Notes: generated by a model from the letters alone, not told the origin. A stretch of DNA of 64,000 nt from Thermoplasmatota archaeon (GCA_041601615.1 JBFIHX010000007.1:64001-128000), one strand, 5' to 3'; shown: positions 9,586 through 20,353, numbered from the stretch's first letter. A program made the numbers and translations.

Positions 9586-10716
9586 GTGCAGGAGGAGTCG
9601 TGGCCACTCGACCGAGTCCAAGCGGGGCTCCAGTCGGCCCGCGCCAAGGACGCATCGTTTGCGTCAGGAACCATCCTCGGCTCCATGTGCACCGCCCCGC
9701 ACGAGGCCGCTTCCTGGGCGTTCTCTTCGTTCTTGGAAACAAACCTTGGAGATCCGGACCACTGCACCGGCACCGCCGAGCTGGAACGAGAAGTCCTTGC
9801 AGATTTTCGCGCACTTGTCTCTGCGAGCCCCGCCGCTGGCGCCAGACTCCTGACGGGCGGCAACGAGGCAAATTTGCTTGCGTGCTACCTGGCCCGTGAA
9901 AAAACCGGCAACCGCCGCATCGTGGTCCCGGACTCCTGCCATTTCAGCTTTGAAAAAGCGGCACGCATGCTGAACATGGAACTGGTGCGCGTGCCGACCG
10001 TAGGCCACCGCGCCGACCCCGATGCCATGGCGGCGGCCGTGGACCACGATACCGCCCTCGTGGTGGCCATCGCAGGCACGACGGAGTTGGGCCTCGTAGA
10101 TCCGATTCCGAAACTGGCCGCAGAGGCAGATGACGCCGGCGCCTTGCTGCACGTGGACGCAGCTTGGGGCGGCTACGTGTTGCCCTTTTTGGCAGCGGCT
10201 GGCGAACCGGAGAAGCCGTTTGGCCTAGATGTGCCAGGAGTATGGTCCGTCGGCCTTGACCCGCACAAAATGGGCATGGCAGCAATCCCGGCCGGTGCGC
10301 TCGTAGTGGCCGACGAACAGGATTGGCAGCGCGTGGCCGTGGAAACCAGCTACGTCAGCACCAACGGCCAAAGCACCATCCTCGGCACCAGACCAGGGGC
10401 CGCCGCTGCATCCGTCTGGGCCGTGCACCGCGCCATGGGCACCTTGGGGTACGCAAAACTGGTACAGCGCTGCCTTGCCACCACTAGGCGCATTGCGACG
10501 CGCTTGCAAGCGCACGGAGCCGAACTCGTCGCCCAGCCCGAACTGAATCTTCTGACCTTCCGCTTCGGCGACCCGGCCCAAACGCACGAACGACTGGCGG
10601 CGGCCGGATTCCGCCTCAACATCGTTCCCCGCTTCGGTGCCATGCGCATCGTAGTCAATCCCCACGTAACCGACGAAGTCGCCGATCGATTCCTCGAAGC
10701 CTTTGAACGCTTGTAG
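9586..10716 (+). CDS. mfnA: PLP-dependent L-tyrosine/L-aspartate decarboxylase
   Basis: ILGSMCT, TNLGDP, GGNEAN, HFSFEKA, HVDAAWGG, DPHKMG (PLP Lys), GTRPG. Confidence 0.9.
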   Translation: MQEESWPLDRVQAGLQSARAKDASFASGTILGSMCTAPHEAASWAFSSFLETNLGDPDHCTGTAELEREVLADFRALVSASPAAGARLLTGGNEANLLACYLAREKTGNRRIVVPDSCHFSFEKAARMLNMELVRVPTVGHRADPDAMAAAVDHDTALVVAIAGTTELGLVDPIPKLAAEADDAGALLHVDAAWGGYVLPFLAAAGEPEKPFGLDVPGVWSVGLDPHKMGMAAIPAGALVVADEQDWQRVAVETSYVSTNGQSTILGTRPGAAAASVWAVHRAMGTLGYAKLVQRCLATTRRIATRLQAHGAELVAQPELNLLTFRFGDPAQTHERLAAAGFRLNIVPRFGAMRIVVNPHVTDEVADRFLEAFERL

Positions 10717-10730
10717 CGTCACCGGCAATC

Positions 10731-11291
10731 GTGGACATCGACGAGAGCCTCCGCCAGGCGACCGTAATGGACCGGGGCGGCTACCCATACCTGATTCATC
10801 CGCTCACCGACGGAGTGCCCCGCTGCGACCCCAAATTGCTTCGAGAATGGGCAACCTGGGCCGCCGCGTCGCCCCTACTTGCGGACGCTACCGTGCTCCT
10901 CGCGCCGGAGGCGATGGCCATCCCACTCGCCGTGGCACTCAGCCTTGAAACTGGCCTTCCCGTGTTGACAGTGCGCAAACGGCGCTACGACTTGCCCGGA
11001 GAAGTGGTCGCCTACTGTGAAACCGGCTACGGCGAAGCCTGCCTGCACGTCAACGATGTGCACCCGGAGGACAAAATCGTCATCATCGACGATGTGCTCA
11101 GCACCGGCGGCACCCTCGACGCCCTTCTATTGACATTGTCGGAGATGAACGCCAACGTCCTCGGAGCCTTGGTGTTCCTGGACAAAGGCCGTGTGCGCGA
11201 CAAGCTCGCAGTCAAACACGCACTCCCCATCCACGTCATGCGCACCGTCCAAGTGGCCAGCGGAGTCGTCACACCGGGCCCCGGCGGATGA
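10731..11291 (+). CDS. hpt: Archaeal hypoxanthine/guanine phosphoribosyltransferase
   Basis: YLIHPLTDGVP, EAMAIPL, RKRRY, PRPP motif IIDDVLSTGGT. Confidence 0.88.
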   Translation: MDIDESLRQATVMDRGGYPYLIHPLTDGVPRCDPKLLREWATWAAASPLLADATVLLAPEAMAIPLAVALSLETGLPVLTVRKRRYDLPGEVVAYCETGYGEACLHVNDVHPEDKIVIIDDVLSTGGTLDALLLTLSEMNANVLGALVFLDKGRVRDKLAVKHALPIHVMRTVQVASGVVTPGPGG

Positions 11292-11352
11292 ACAAGACCT
11301 GCCATGACCTACCGATGCACTGATTAGATTCCAACGCCACCAAGGTTGCGTC

Positions 11353-12051
11353 ATGGATCGGTACGCATTGCAAGCTCGAAGCCTTCGCAAGACCTACGGC
11401 TCCGGCCCCAACGCCGTCCATGCATTACGCGGCGTCGACTTGGACATAAGGCAAGGAGAATTCGTCAGCATCATGGGCCCCAGCGGCAGCGGCAAGTCCA
11501 CGCTCCTGCAAATGCTCGGCCTCCTGGACGGCCCCACCGGCGGCCGCATCCGCATCCAAAACCAAGAAGTGACCCACGCCGACGCTCGCCAACGCGCCCT
11601 GACCCGCCGCAGCACCATCGGCTTCGTCTTCCAATCCTTCCACTTGCTGGCACGCGCCACCGCCCTCCAGAACGTCATGCTCCCCATGGCCATATCGGGC
11701 GTCCCTCGCAACCAGCGCCGCAGCCGAGCCCTTCGCACCCTAGATGCCGTGGGATTGCTCGACCGCGCCGATCACCGCAGCACCGAAATGAGCGGCGGCC
11801 AAAAGCAACGCGTCGCCATCGCCCGCGCCCTCGCCCTCAATCCACCCATCCTACTTGCCGATGAAGCCACCGGCAACCTCGACAGCGTCACGAGCAAGGA
11901 AATCATGGGGCTGTTTCAGCGCCTCAACCAATCCGGCCGCACCATTGTCCAAGTCACCCACGACCGAAAGATGGCCGAATACGCCGACCGCATCTTCCAC
12001 GTCGAAGACGGCCTCATACGCGAAACCGAGACTGTGCGGAGGCGCGCATGA
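11353..12051 (+). CDS. ABC transporter ATP-binding protein (MacB/LolD type)
   Basis: [44 protein letters not shown]. Confidence 0.95.
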   Translation: MDRYALQARSLRKTYGSGPNAVHALRGVDLDIRQGEFVSIMGPSGSGKSTLLQMLGLLDGPTGGRIRIQNQEVTHADARQRALTRRSTIGFVFQSFHLLARATALQNVMLPMAISGVPRNQRRSRALRTLDAVGLLDRADHRSTEMSGGQKQRVAIARALALNPPILLADEATGNLDSVTSKEIMGLFQRLNQSGRTIVQVTHDRKMAEYADRIFHVEDGLIRETETVRRRA

Positions 12052-13328
12052 GATCCGGCGAATCCACGCGCATGGCGATGCAGAACCTCTGGGGGCACAA
12101 AATGCGCAGCCTCCTCACCATCATCGGAGTGCTCATCGGTATCGGCAGCGTCATCGCCATCGTCACCCTCAGCGCCGCATTCGAAAACAGCATCACAAGC
12201 CAATTCGACGAAATCGACGACCGCAGCATCTTCGTCACCGCCGCATCCACCGACAACCAAAACGGTCCCCCCGACGCTGGCCAATTCGGTACCGTGTTCA
12301 CCGAGGTGGACCGCCAAGCACTACTGAACATCGACGGCGTAGAACGGGTCATCGCCAGCGGCAACGTCGTTGTCACCACCCTCAAAACCGACGCCCGCGC
12401 CTTGCCGTTCCAAGCCCTCACCGCAACCAACAGCGACGCAGACGAGGTACGCAACCAAGACCTGTACTTCGCAGGCGGCCCCTTCACCGACGGCGCCACC
12501 GAGATCGTCCTCGGCTGGAATCTGGCACTCGCCCTCGGCGGCGACACGCCACCCGTCACGGAACCGAGCCTCCAAGTGGGCGACACGGTGGCCATAACTC
12601 TCCAAGACAACAGCACCCGCAACGTCACTGTCGCCGGCATTCTGGTGTTCCAAGAATCCCTGTTCGGCTCCGGAAACGGGGCAGCCCATGTGCCACTCGA
12701 CCCCTTCTACACGACATTTCGAGAAAGCCCCACCACGGGTGTGAGCGTGCGCGTCTACGACGGCTTCACCGTGGTTGCTGAGCGCGGCACCGACATCGAC
12801 CTCGTGCGCGACGCAGTCAGCGCCTACATGATGGACGAAAGCGACGCATCGACCTTGCTTACAGGCCTCGACGTCACCATCCTCGTGGCGACCGCCAGCG
12901 ACATCACCAAACAAATCGGCGCCGCATTCGACCAAGTCACCATCTTCGTCGCTGGCATCGCAGGCGTCAGCCTCCTTGTAGGCGGCATCATGATTGCCAC
13001 CATCCAACTCATCAGCGTCACCGAGCGCACCAAAGAAATCGGGCTCATGAAGGCCATCGGGGCTCTAGACGGAGACGTACTTCGGTTGTTTCTGGTCGAA
13101 TCCATGATCATAGGACTCGTGGGCAGCATCGCCGGCATCGGCGTGGGGCTGGGCGCGGGTGCCGCCATGGTCGCAGCATTCTTCGGCGACGACGTCGCTT
13201 TCGTAGTGCCCTACCAATGGATCGGCATCGCCGTGGGCGTAGGGGTCTTAACCGGAATCATCGCAGGATACCTACCCGCCCGGCGAGCAACCAAAATCCA
13301 ACCCGTCGAGGCACTCAACTACGAATAA
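12048..13328 (+). CDS. ABC transporter permease (MacB/FtsX type)
   Basis: RSLLTIIGVLIGI, SVTERTKEIGLMKAIGA, PARRATKIQPVEAL; ATGA overlap. Confidence 0.95.
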   Translation: MRSGESTRMAMQNLWGHKMRSLLTIIGVLIGIGSVIAIVTLSAAFENSITSQFDEIDDRSIFVTAASTDNQNGPPDAGQFGTVFTEVDRQALLNIDGVERVIASGNVVVTTLKTDARALPFQALTATNSDADEVRNQDLYFAGGPFTDGATEIVLGWNLALALGGDTPPVTEPSLQVGDTVAITLQDNSTRNVTVAGILVFQESLFGSGNGAAHVPLDPFYTTFRESPTTGVSVRVYDGFTVVAERGTDIDLVRDAVSAYMMDESDASTLLTGLDVTILVATASDITKQIGAAFDQVTIFVAGIAGVSLLVGGIMIATIQLISVTERTKEIGLMKAIGALDGDVLRLFLVESMIIGLVGSIAGIGVGLGAGAAMVAAFFGDDVAFVVPYQWIGIAVGVGVLTGIIAGYLPARRATKIQPVEALNYE

Positions 13329-13552
13329 TCAGGCGCCCGTATCCCGCCCGCACCCGCCCCCACCCTCCGGCAGCTGCCCCCGTACCCAACCCAGCAACCA
13401 ATCCCACTACGCCCCTGCCTGAAGCTCAATGCACCCGAACGCCACGAGATCACGGCGCCAAACAATGCACATCGGACGCGAACGGCCGGATGCAGCTAGA
13501 TAGGAATGGTCCACAGGCATACCATGAAAAAATGGAGACGAATCATAACGCG

Positions 13553-13744
13553 ATGCGAACCATCGTCATCGCCTTGATCGTCGGCCTCGCCTTTGCAGGC
13601 GCCATCGCCCCCGCTGCCAGCGCAGCCTCGCTGGACACCCCTATGGAGGAACGCGCAGAATGCCACGTGGTCTGGGGAGACCTTCTCCTAGACCTTGGCG
13701 GCGTCAAAGTCTACCGCCCCAAGACCGTCGTGTGCAACCTCTAG
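13553..13744 (+). CDS. Small secreted peptide (signal peptide + ~39-aa mature part with 2 Cys)
   Basis: MRTIVIALIVGLAFAGAIAPAASA / ASLDTPMEERAECHVVWGDLLLDLGGVKVYRPKTVVCNL. Confidence 0.7.
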   Translation: MRTIVIALIVGLAFAGAIAPAASAASLDTPMEERAECHVVWGDLLLDLGGVKVYRPKTVVCNL

Positions 13745-13858
13745 CACATAGCACCCTCCAGCAGCGGCCTCTTCCCTCTGCTCCCCTTCCCCATCCCCCC
13801 ATCCCTTTCCCCCACCCGCAATCCCTGGGCAATGTGGAACACCGAATCGTTCCACCCA

Positions 13859-14437
13859 TCATGCTTCCTGAAGCCGCTTTGCAACCACAGCACACGATCC
13901 GACCTCGGCCACCGGAGCCGGCTCCGCCGAACTCGAATCAGACGGATGCGCCAACAACTCCCGAAGCAATCCCTCCAACGCAACCGTAGGATGATACACC
14001 CGGGCACGCGACTCCTGCGTCTCCACCACGAGCCCCGCAGCCACCAAATCATCCACGTACGAACGCAACACCTTCCTCGTCAAATTCAACCCCTCCGTCA
14101 ATTCCCGTTGCTTGCGGCCAGGCGCCCGAGCAATCGCATCCACCAAATCTTGCACCCGACCCCGCCGCAACAACGCCAACCCCCGGCGACGCGCAGGCGA
14201 CACCGTATCCGTGAAAAATCGACGACTGCGACCCACCGGTTCGCTGCGCAACCGACCCCGGCGCTCCAGCGCACGCGTATGGTGCTGAATCGTTCCCCAA
14301 GAACACCCCACCGCATCCCGCAACGAAGTCAACGTAATGCCCGGATGCGCCTCCACAATCGCCATGAGCTTGATGCGGGTCGGATGCCGAAGCGCCTCAC
14401 CCCGAGCCTGAGCAAACAACAGAAGCCAGTCAAACAC
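13859..14437 (-). CDS. Tandem winged-helix transcriptional regulator (COG3398-like)
   Basis: LRHPTRIKLMAIVEAHPGI...WGTIQHHTRALER and second wHTH APGRKQRELTEGL...LVAAGLV; GTG start overlaps upstream stop. Confidence 0.85.
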   Translation of the reverse strand: MFDWLLLFAQARGEALRHPTRIKLMAIVEAHPGITLTSLRDAVGCSWGTIQHHTRALERRGRLRSEPVGRSRRFFTDTVSPARRRGLALLRRGRVQDLVDAIARAPGRKQRELTEGLNLTRKVLRSYVDDLVAAGLVVETQESRARVYHPTVALEGLLRELLAHPSDSSSAEPAPVAEVGSCAVVAKRLQEA

Positions 14438-15896
14438 CCTCGGCGCCCCCCCGCAGCACGCTGCGCAACGACGCATCCTGACCCAAGGCAGCCTGCACAA
14501 CACCCGCCGCAGAACCGACCCCCTCGACCTCCAAGATCCCAAGCCCCAGCGCCAACGTCACCGCACCTGTTGCGTCGCCATGCTCCGAAATCCAAACTCG
14601 CAACCATCGAACCGCCTCCTCATGCCGACCCAACCGATACAACCCCACCGCATGCAGCACCGCCGCATCCGAGTCTCCCGGATTGTGCACCAAGGCGCGG
14701 CGGGCCCACCGATCGGCCCGACCCACTTTTCCCACTTCGAGCGCCCAATGCGACGCCATCACAAGCGTATCCGAATCAAGGCGACGCGACCGAATCCGCA
14801 CCACCAACCCCGCCAACACAGCCAACCCCAACGCAACACCCGACCCAATGCGCGACCAAGAACGCCCCTCCAGCGGTGGCCGAGAAGCAACAAAGGCGAG
14901 TTCTTGACCGCCAAGGGATGCACTGCGCACCTCCCGGGCCTCCAAATCCGCTCGAACGCCACGCGACTCCAGCAAAAGATCCGCCTCCCAGTACCCATCC
15001 AACGCCAACCGCGTGCCCTGGAAATCGCTGCGATTCACCCCCACAATGCTCCCGGATGCACCCGAAAAAACCGCCGCGCCATCCGCGACCAATGTCCCCG
15101 AGTGAGCCCGCACCTGGAAGTCATACCCGTTTGGATGATAGGCAAGCGCTCCGTCGTGCACCACGATGTCGATACGCCGCAATTCGCCCTCCATGTAGAC
15201 CGGCTCGCCCGTTGCAGGAGTTTGGTTCGAGCGAATGTCTCCCGTGCGGTACGTCGTGGAGCCATCATCCGCCTCCAGATGCACATCAAACTCATAGAAT
15301 GTCAAGACGAAATCACCACGCAACCAAGCAATTGCATCGGCCGATGGAGACACCAAGAGATTGGGCCAAGGGCCGTGCCGGCTAGGCTCCCAGCCCGAGT
15401 CCTCGTCCGTCGCCCACTGAAAATCAAGTCTGTCTCGAGGCTCCACGCGCGCCGCGCCAACCTTCACATCAAATGTGGACGGCCGGCCCGGACCCGCGGG
15501 CCCCTCAGCTTGCAAAAAAGCACTTGGGCGAACATGGAAACTCGTGGCCGTGACGTTCTCATGCCGCACCGGCTCATCCGTGGATTCGTTGCCGTCCGGA
15601 AAAGTTGCCAAATTGGGCCGCACCGGCCCCGTAGTCGTCGCATACGGATTGCGATGCACCACCACATCCACGACCGGCGCATCCAAAACAAACACGGCCG
15701 CCCCCGCGTCGCTTCCCGGCTCCAGCACCCCAAAAAACATGGCCGGCCCTTCAAATTGCACCCCTTCCAAGGCGGCTTCGTCAAACAAAAACGAACCCGA
15801 CAACGGAACCGCTGCACCCGAGGCCCCCAAAGCACTCAAAGGCGCCAGCACCAGCACCAGCATCAGCACCAGAGCACAACGGGACCGCCTGCGCAT
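14430..15896 (-). CDS. Single-pass membrane protein: signal peptide, beta-rich ectodomain, TM, cytoplasmic TPR-like region
   Basis: Hydrophobic leader; TM GSGVALGLAVLAGLVV followed by RIRSRR; TPR-like ADRWARRALVHNPGDSDAAVLHAVGLYRLGRHEEA. Confidence 0.75.
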   Translation of the reverse strand: MRRRSRCALVLMLVLVLAPLSALGASGAAVPLSGSFLFDEAALEGVQFEGPAMFFGVLEPGSDAGAAVFVLDAPVVDVVVHRNPYATTTGPVRPNLATFPDGNESTDEPVRHENVTATSFHVRPSAFLQAEGPAGPGRPSTFDVKVGAARVEPRDRLDFQWATDEDSGWEPSRHGPWPNLLVSPSADAIAWLRGDFVLTFYEFDVHLEADDGSTTYRTGDIRSNQTPATGEPVYMEGELRRIDIVVHDGALAYHPNGYDFQVRAHSGTLVADGAAVFSGASGSIVGVNRSDFQGTRLALDGYWEADLLLESRGVRADLEAREVRSASLGGQELAFVASRPPLEGRSWSRIGSGVALGLAVLAGLVVRIRSRRLDSDTLVMASHWALEVGKVGRADRWARRALVHNPGDSDAAVLHAVGLYRLGRHEEAVRWLRVWISEHGDATGAVTLALGLGILEVEGVGSAAGVVQAALGQDASLRSVLRGGAEGV

Positions 15897-15899
15897 GCC

Positions 15900-16553
15900 C
15901 TAGGCCCCGTCCGATTCCGACTTGCGCGCCACGCTCAACACACATTCTAGGTACTCGTCGTTGACACGTGGCTGCACCCAATCAAGCGGCTCATTGCTCC
16001 AATCCACCCACATCAAAAAACAGTCATCCAACGGCCCCGGCAACACAATCCGATTGGAATGCGGACTCTCCGACGGCCCCTCCCCGGCAGAAAAACGCGC
16101 CGTCACACTGTACGTCAACAACATTGCATCCTGCTGCCAGGCCGTGCTATCCAAAAATCGCGGCTCCGACACCTCCGCAATCGCCACGGGCGCCGCATCA
16201 TCCACGGCCCGGTACACCACATACGAAATCGGAGAGCCAACCAAGGGCGCATGCCACCGAAGCACAGCACCATCCGGCAACGGCAAACCCAGCAAGCCGA
16301 CTGGAGCATAGTGCACATCCTCAACTCCAAGCGACAAGGACGGACGAACCTGATCCGGCACGGCTGCCAACGCCACACCCACGAACGACATGGAATTCAT
16401 ATCATAATCCACCGGCGTGTCCAAGAGATTTGGCCCAAGCATCCGCTCCACAGACTGAACCTCGGGAGAATCAAACAACTCGTCCAACAGCGCCGACGAC
16501 GAAGGAACAAGGCACAAGAGCGCCACCACAGCCACCACTCGAATCCAAGCCAT
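15900..16553 (-). CDS. Secreted protein with fibronectin-III-like domain
   Basis: Signal peptide; LRWHAP...YVVYRA...FLD...YSVTA...GEGP pattern; C-terminal Cys pair. Confidence 0.7.
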   Translation of the reverse strand: MAWIRVVAVVALLCLVPSSSALLDELFDSPEVQSVERMLGPNLLDTPVDYDMNSMSFVGVALAAVPDQVRPSLSLGVEDVHYAPVGLLGLPLPDGAVLRWHAPLVGSPISYVVYRAVDDAAPVAIAEVSEPRFLDSTAWQQDAMLLTYSVTARFSAGEGPSESPHSNRIVLPGPLDDCFLMWVDWSNEPLDWVQPRVNDEYLECVLSVARKSESDGA

Positions 16554-16749
16554 ACCCCCAAAGAGCCCCCGCAACTTTGATGCATTTGTGGTCGAGAAGG
16601 GAACACAAACCCCGGGCCCCCTTCCCGAACCCGCCCCCGGCCCAGCCAACATCATCCAACCCACCCCAACTCCGCCCCAACCACCACAGCGACCCCCGCC
16701 CCCCGCCCGCGCCGCAAGGCTTACACCCTCGCGCCCCCAGCCGCCGCCC

Positions 16750-17781
16750 ATGGAACTGTACAACTACCTCATCCCCTTCGAGGAGGTCCTGCCACAAGTC
16801 AAGGCAGACCACCCCGACCTGGACGCTGTGGGCGTACAATTTCCCGACGGCCTGCGCGACCACGGCACCGAAATTGCCCAAATCGTCGAAGACGCCCTCG
16901 GCGTACCCGTCGTCATCAGCGCCGACCCCTGCTACGGCGCCTGCGACCTAGCCGACGACGAAATGGCCAAACTCGGCATCAAAGTGCTCATCCACTTTGG
17001 CCACAGCGCCATGCCCAGCGTACCCGAACTCGGCGGCATCCACGTCTACTACATCCAAGCCTGGTCCACCCACACCATCACCCCCATCGTGACCAAGGCA
17101 GCCACCGAGCATCTAACCGGCAAACGCATCGGTGTTTGCACCACCGCCCAACACACCCACAAACTCGAAGAAGCCTCCGAGATCCTACGGGCGCACGGCT
17201 TCGAACCCGTCATCGGTTTCGGCGACAAGCGCACCGCCCTCCAAGGCCAATTGCTCGGATGCAACGTCATGGCCGCGACCAAACTCGTGGACGTAGACGA
17301 ATTTCTGTTCATCGGCAGCGGCGACTTCCACCCCCTCGCCCTCGCCCTGGAAACGAGCAAAACCATCATCGGCGCCTGCCCCTACACCAACACCATCAAC
17401 AGCTTCACCGAACCGAAGCACAAGATCCTCAAACAACGCTACGCCGCCATCGCCGTTGCCCAGGAAGCGCAGACCTTCGGCATCGTCATCAGCACCAAAG
17501 GCGGCCAAATGCGCTTTCAGATGGCCAAGCGCATCCTCGAAAAACTACGCAAACACGGCAAGCAGGGCTTCCTCATCCAAAACAAGCAAATCAGCCCCGG
17601 CGACTTGCTCTACTTCCGCCACCTTGACGCCTTCGTGGGTGTCGCCTGCCCCCGCGTCCCCATCGACGACCAAGGCCGCTACAACAAGCCCTTCCTCACC
17701 CCCCAAGAACTCGACATGGTTCTTGGTATCAAGCCCATGGACACGTACGTTTTCGATACGTATGGAGCGGCGAGTAAGTAA
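16750..17781 (+). CDS. dph2: Diphthamide biosynthesis enzyme Dph2
   Basis: VQFPDGL, PCYGACDL, HFGH, GQLLGC, GSGDFH, STKGGQ, ACPRVPIDD. Confidence 0.95.
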   Translation: MELYNYLIPFEEVLPQVKADHPDLDAVGVQFPDGLRDHGTEIAQIVEDALGVPVVISADPCYGACDLADDEMAKLGIKVLIHFGHSAMPSVPELGGIHVYYIQAWSTHTITPIVTKAATEHLTGKRIGVCTTAQHTHKLEEASEILRAHGFEPVIGFGDKRTALQGQLLGCNVMAATKLVDVDEFLFIGSGDFHPLALALETSKTIIGACPYTNTINSFTEPKHKILKQRYAAIAVAQEAQTFGIVISTKGGQMRFQMAKRILEKLRKHGKQGFLIQNKQISPGDLLYFRHLDAFVGVACPRVPIDDQGRYNKPFLTPQELDMVLGIKPMDTYVFDTYGAASK

Positions 17782-17931
17782 CTCAATTCGGCATTGCCAC
17801 CGCATGGGTTCGCACAGCGAATCCGTGCCCCCGGGGTTGCGAAGGGCTCGGTAGAACCAGACCCCACCATTGGCCTTGGTCCCACTTGCCCCTCCAGCAA
17901 ACGGCAAGTACCTTCCCGCACTTGCGCACGC

Positions 17932-18321
17932 ATGACCTCCTGGACCGCGACCCACCGCTTCGTATTCCTGGCCATGCACCTCGCCTACGCAGACGGCGTG
18001 CTCCAGGAAGCAGAACGGCGCTCCATGGCCGCCTCCGCGCACCGCATCGGCATTGCCGCCGGCATCGCCCCCGAATCCATCGAAGGCATGGTCCGGGCCG
18101 CCGGTTCATGGTACATGGACTCCGTGGAAGCCAAGAGCGTACACCAAGACGTCCAAGATGCCGTTGCATCGCTCGGGATCTTCAAGGACTCCATCAAGCG
18201 CGCACTTCTTCGCGAACTGCGCGAACTGGCCAAAGCAGCCGACGGCGTCGACGAACGCGAACACGTACTCCTTGAAAGCCTGCGCGACGCCTGGAACGTC
18301 GACGTGGTCGTCAACGAATAG
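17932..18321 (+). CDS. TerB-like (tellurite resistance family) protein
   Basis: Two ADG..E motifs: AYADGVLQEAE and AADGVDERE. Confidence 0.7.
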   Translation: MTSWTATHRFVFLAMHLAYADGVLQEAERRSMAASAHRIGIAAGIAPESIEGMVRAAGSWYMDSVEAKSVHQDVQDAVASLGIFKDSIKRALLRELRELAKAADGVDEREHVLLESLRDAWNVDVVVNE

Positions 18322-18570
18322 CCAAGCAAGCCATCAAAACCTGCTAGAACCGGGGACGAAGTGGACGGTACCAAACCAACGAATGGGCGCATACAGGGTA
18401 TCGTGGGCCGATTTGGGCCCCACACCGGGCGCCCTCCAGGCTCTTGATTGTGGTTTTCATACTGCCCCAACAGAGTTGCTCCAAGAGTTGACCTCGACGA
18501 CACGCTTCACTATCAACTACAGAGAACGCGACGATTCTCTAGTGCCCCGGACGCCGTGCGGCACCAAGCA

Positions 18571-19224
18571 CTAGGGAAACCCATCCGCCAAGCTCGACGC
18601 GCTGCCCGCCTCCCGCAGGTGGCTCGTGTCGTTGATGCGCCGCACCGCCCAACCGTCCCCCTCGACTTCCAAGTGCGTAATGTTGGCATTGTCCTGCGGA
18701 AACCGACGCATTTCAATGAGCGGCAAACCCAGAAGCGTCGTCGCCAACACCCGATTGATTCGGCCATGCGCCACCACCGCCACATCGCAGCGCGCCGCCT
18801 CCGACCGAAGCCGATGCGCAAACGCCTGCACCCGCAACCGCGCCACATTCGCGCTTTCTCCTCCAGGAAACGGCGTATCCATGAACCCAAGGCCCCAAGC
18901 ATCCATCACCTGATCCACCTCACCCCGGACATCCGGCAAGGCGCGACCACACAGGGCACCGTAATCCAATTCATACATCTCCGGCACCACCTCCGGCGCC
19001 AGTGCCTCACGGTGCGCCCCAAGCAGCGTATCCGTCGTCTGGCGCGCCCGCCGCAGCGGACTTGTGTACACAGCACCAAGCGGCGTGCGCTCGAAGGCAG
19101 CCCCAAGCGCCAACGCCTGACGAGACCCCAACTCCGACAACTCCGAATCCACCCGAGGCCCCTGAATAATCTGCTCGGCGTTGCAGGTCGTCTGTCCGTG
19201 ACGAACCAAATAGAGATGTCCCAC
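18571..19224 (-). CDS. Histidine phosphatase (phosphoglycerate mutase family)
   Basis: LVRHGQT, TSPLRRARQT, GGES, VAHG, INDTSHL. Confidence 0.92.
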   Translation of the reverse strand: MGHLYLVRHGQTTCNAEQIIQGPRVDSELSELGSRQALALGAAFERTPLGAVYTSPLRRARQTTDTLLGAHREALAPEVVPEMYELDYGALCGRALPDVRGEVDQVMDAWGLGFMDTPFPGGESANVARLRVQAFAHRLRSEAARCDVAVVAHGRINRVLATTLLGLPLIEMRRFPQDNANITHLEVEGDGWAVRRINDTSHLREAGSASSLADGFP

Positions 19225-19339
19225 GAGAACCGAATGTGCACTTCGGGCCCTTTGACCCTTCCGTACCGGGCCTGCACCCACCGCGCCGCCCCACCCTTCA
19301 CGCGACCCGCTTATGTGGCCGCCCCGGCTGCCCGCATCC

Positions 19340-19954
19340 GTGCGCCGCTCGGAGCTGGAATCCCGCCTCGAATCCGTCCCCGATTTTGCCCAACCCCAAG
19401 CCCCCCTGGAGCAATACCGCACCCCCGCCCCCGTCGCCGCCCAATTGCTCTGGCTCGCCAAAGAAGACGGCTGCATCCAAGGCAAAAGCGTCGTCGACCT
19501 CGGCTGCGGCACCGGCATTTTCGCGATCGGCGCATCCATGCTCGGCGCTCGCGCAACAGGGGTGGACGTGGACCCCGAAGCCGTCACCGTCGCGCAGGAG
19601 ACCGCCCAGAGCCTCGGCCTGGACGCGCGGTGGCAAACCAGCGACCTCGAAGCCTGGACACCCGACCAACCCTTCGACACCGCCCTCATGAATCCCCCCT
19701 TCGGTGCCCAAACCCAAGGCGCCGACCGCATATTCTACACCCGCGCCCGCGACGCCGTAGCCGCCCAGAACGGCACCGCATGGTTTCTGGCCCAACCCAA
19801 GACCGAACGGTTTCTTGCCAGCTTTGCCAAAGAACTCCAAGCCACCCTCGAAAGAGTCGCGACATGGGACTACCCAATTGAGGCCCGATTTTGGTTCCAT
19901 GAAAAGACCGTCAAAACCATCCCAATCGGCGGCTACCGCATGGGATGGGACTGA
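19340..19954 (+). CDS. METTL5-family RNA methyltransferase
   Basis: LEQYRTP, DLGCGTG, NPPFG. Confidence 0.92.
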   Translation: MRRSELESRLESVPDFAQPQAPLEQYRTPAPVAAQLLWLAKEDGCIQGKSVVDLGCGTGIFAIGASMLGARATGVDVDPEAVTVAQETAQSLGLDARWQTSDLEAWTPDQPFDTALMNPPFGAQTQGADRIFYTRARDAVAAQNGTAWFLAQPKTERFLASFAKELQATLERVATWDYPIEARFWFHEKTVKTIPIGGYRMGWD

Positions 19955-20067
19955 CGAAGGCCCAAAGCCCAGAAGTTCGTCTAATGCCGGCGTTTGCTCC
20001 AAAAGACTAAGGAACGAGTGCCCACTGGCGCGGTCAAGGAGCCTTGGTCGGTTCTACAGGGGGAAAA

Positions 20068-20349
20068 ATGTCGAGCAATATGTCCAAACAAACAGCCGCA
20101 AATGTGGATGAAGAGAATGTTGAAAGGACAAAGGAGAAGGCGCCGGACGCGGAGGAGTTGAAGCCGGAGATAAGCGATTCAAATATTGGAGGCCTCGAGG
20201 AGGTCGTCGAGCGCCCCAACCTAGAGCAGAAAACCTGTGGAGTTCATGTTCCAACCGGAGAATACACCGACAAAGATGATAAAAACAAGGAACGTTCCAT
20301 GAAAGCGCGACGACTTGGAACAAAAGGAAGGGATGACAGCCAGGAATAA
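20068..20349 (+). CDS. Hypothetical acidic protein
   Basis: 93-aa ORF in lower-GC patch, stop 4 nt before the next ATG. Confidence 0.4.
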   Translation: MSSNMSKQTAANVDEENVERTKEKAPDAEELKPEISDSNIGGLEEVVERPNLEQKTCGVHVPTGEYTDKDDKNKERSMKARRLGTKGRDDSQE

Positions 20350-20353
20350 CGCG

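Noticed and set aside
9586-10716. mfnA as evidence of methanofuran synthesis or methanogenesis
   Set aside because: The family also supplies beta-alanine for CoA in non-methanogenic archaea, and no methanogenesis genes are present here.
18322-18570. Possible gene remnant between the TerB-like and phosphatase genes
   Set aside because: No recognisable motif or convincing start; cannot be supported without a search.
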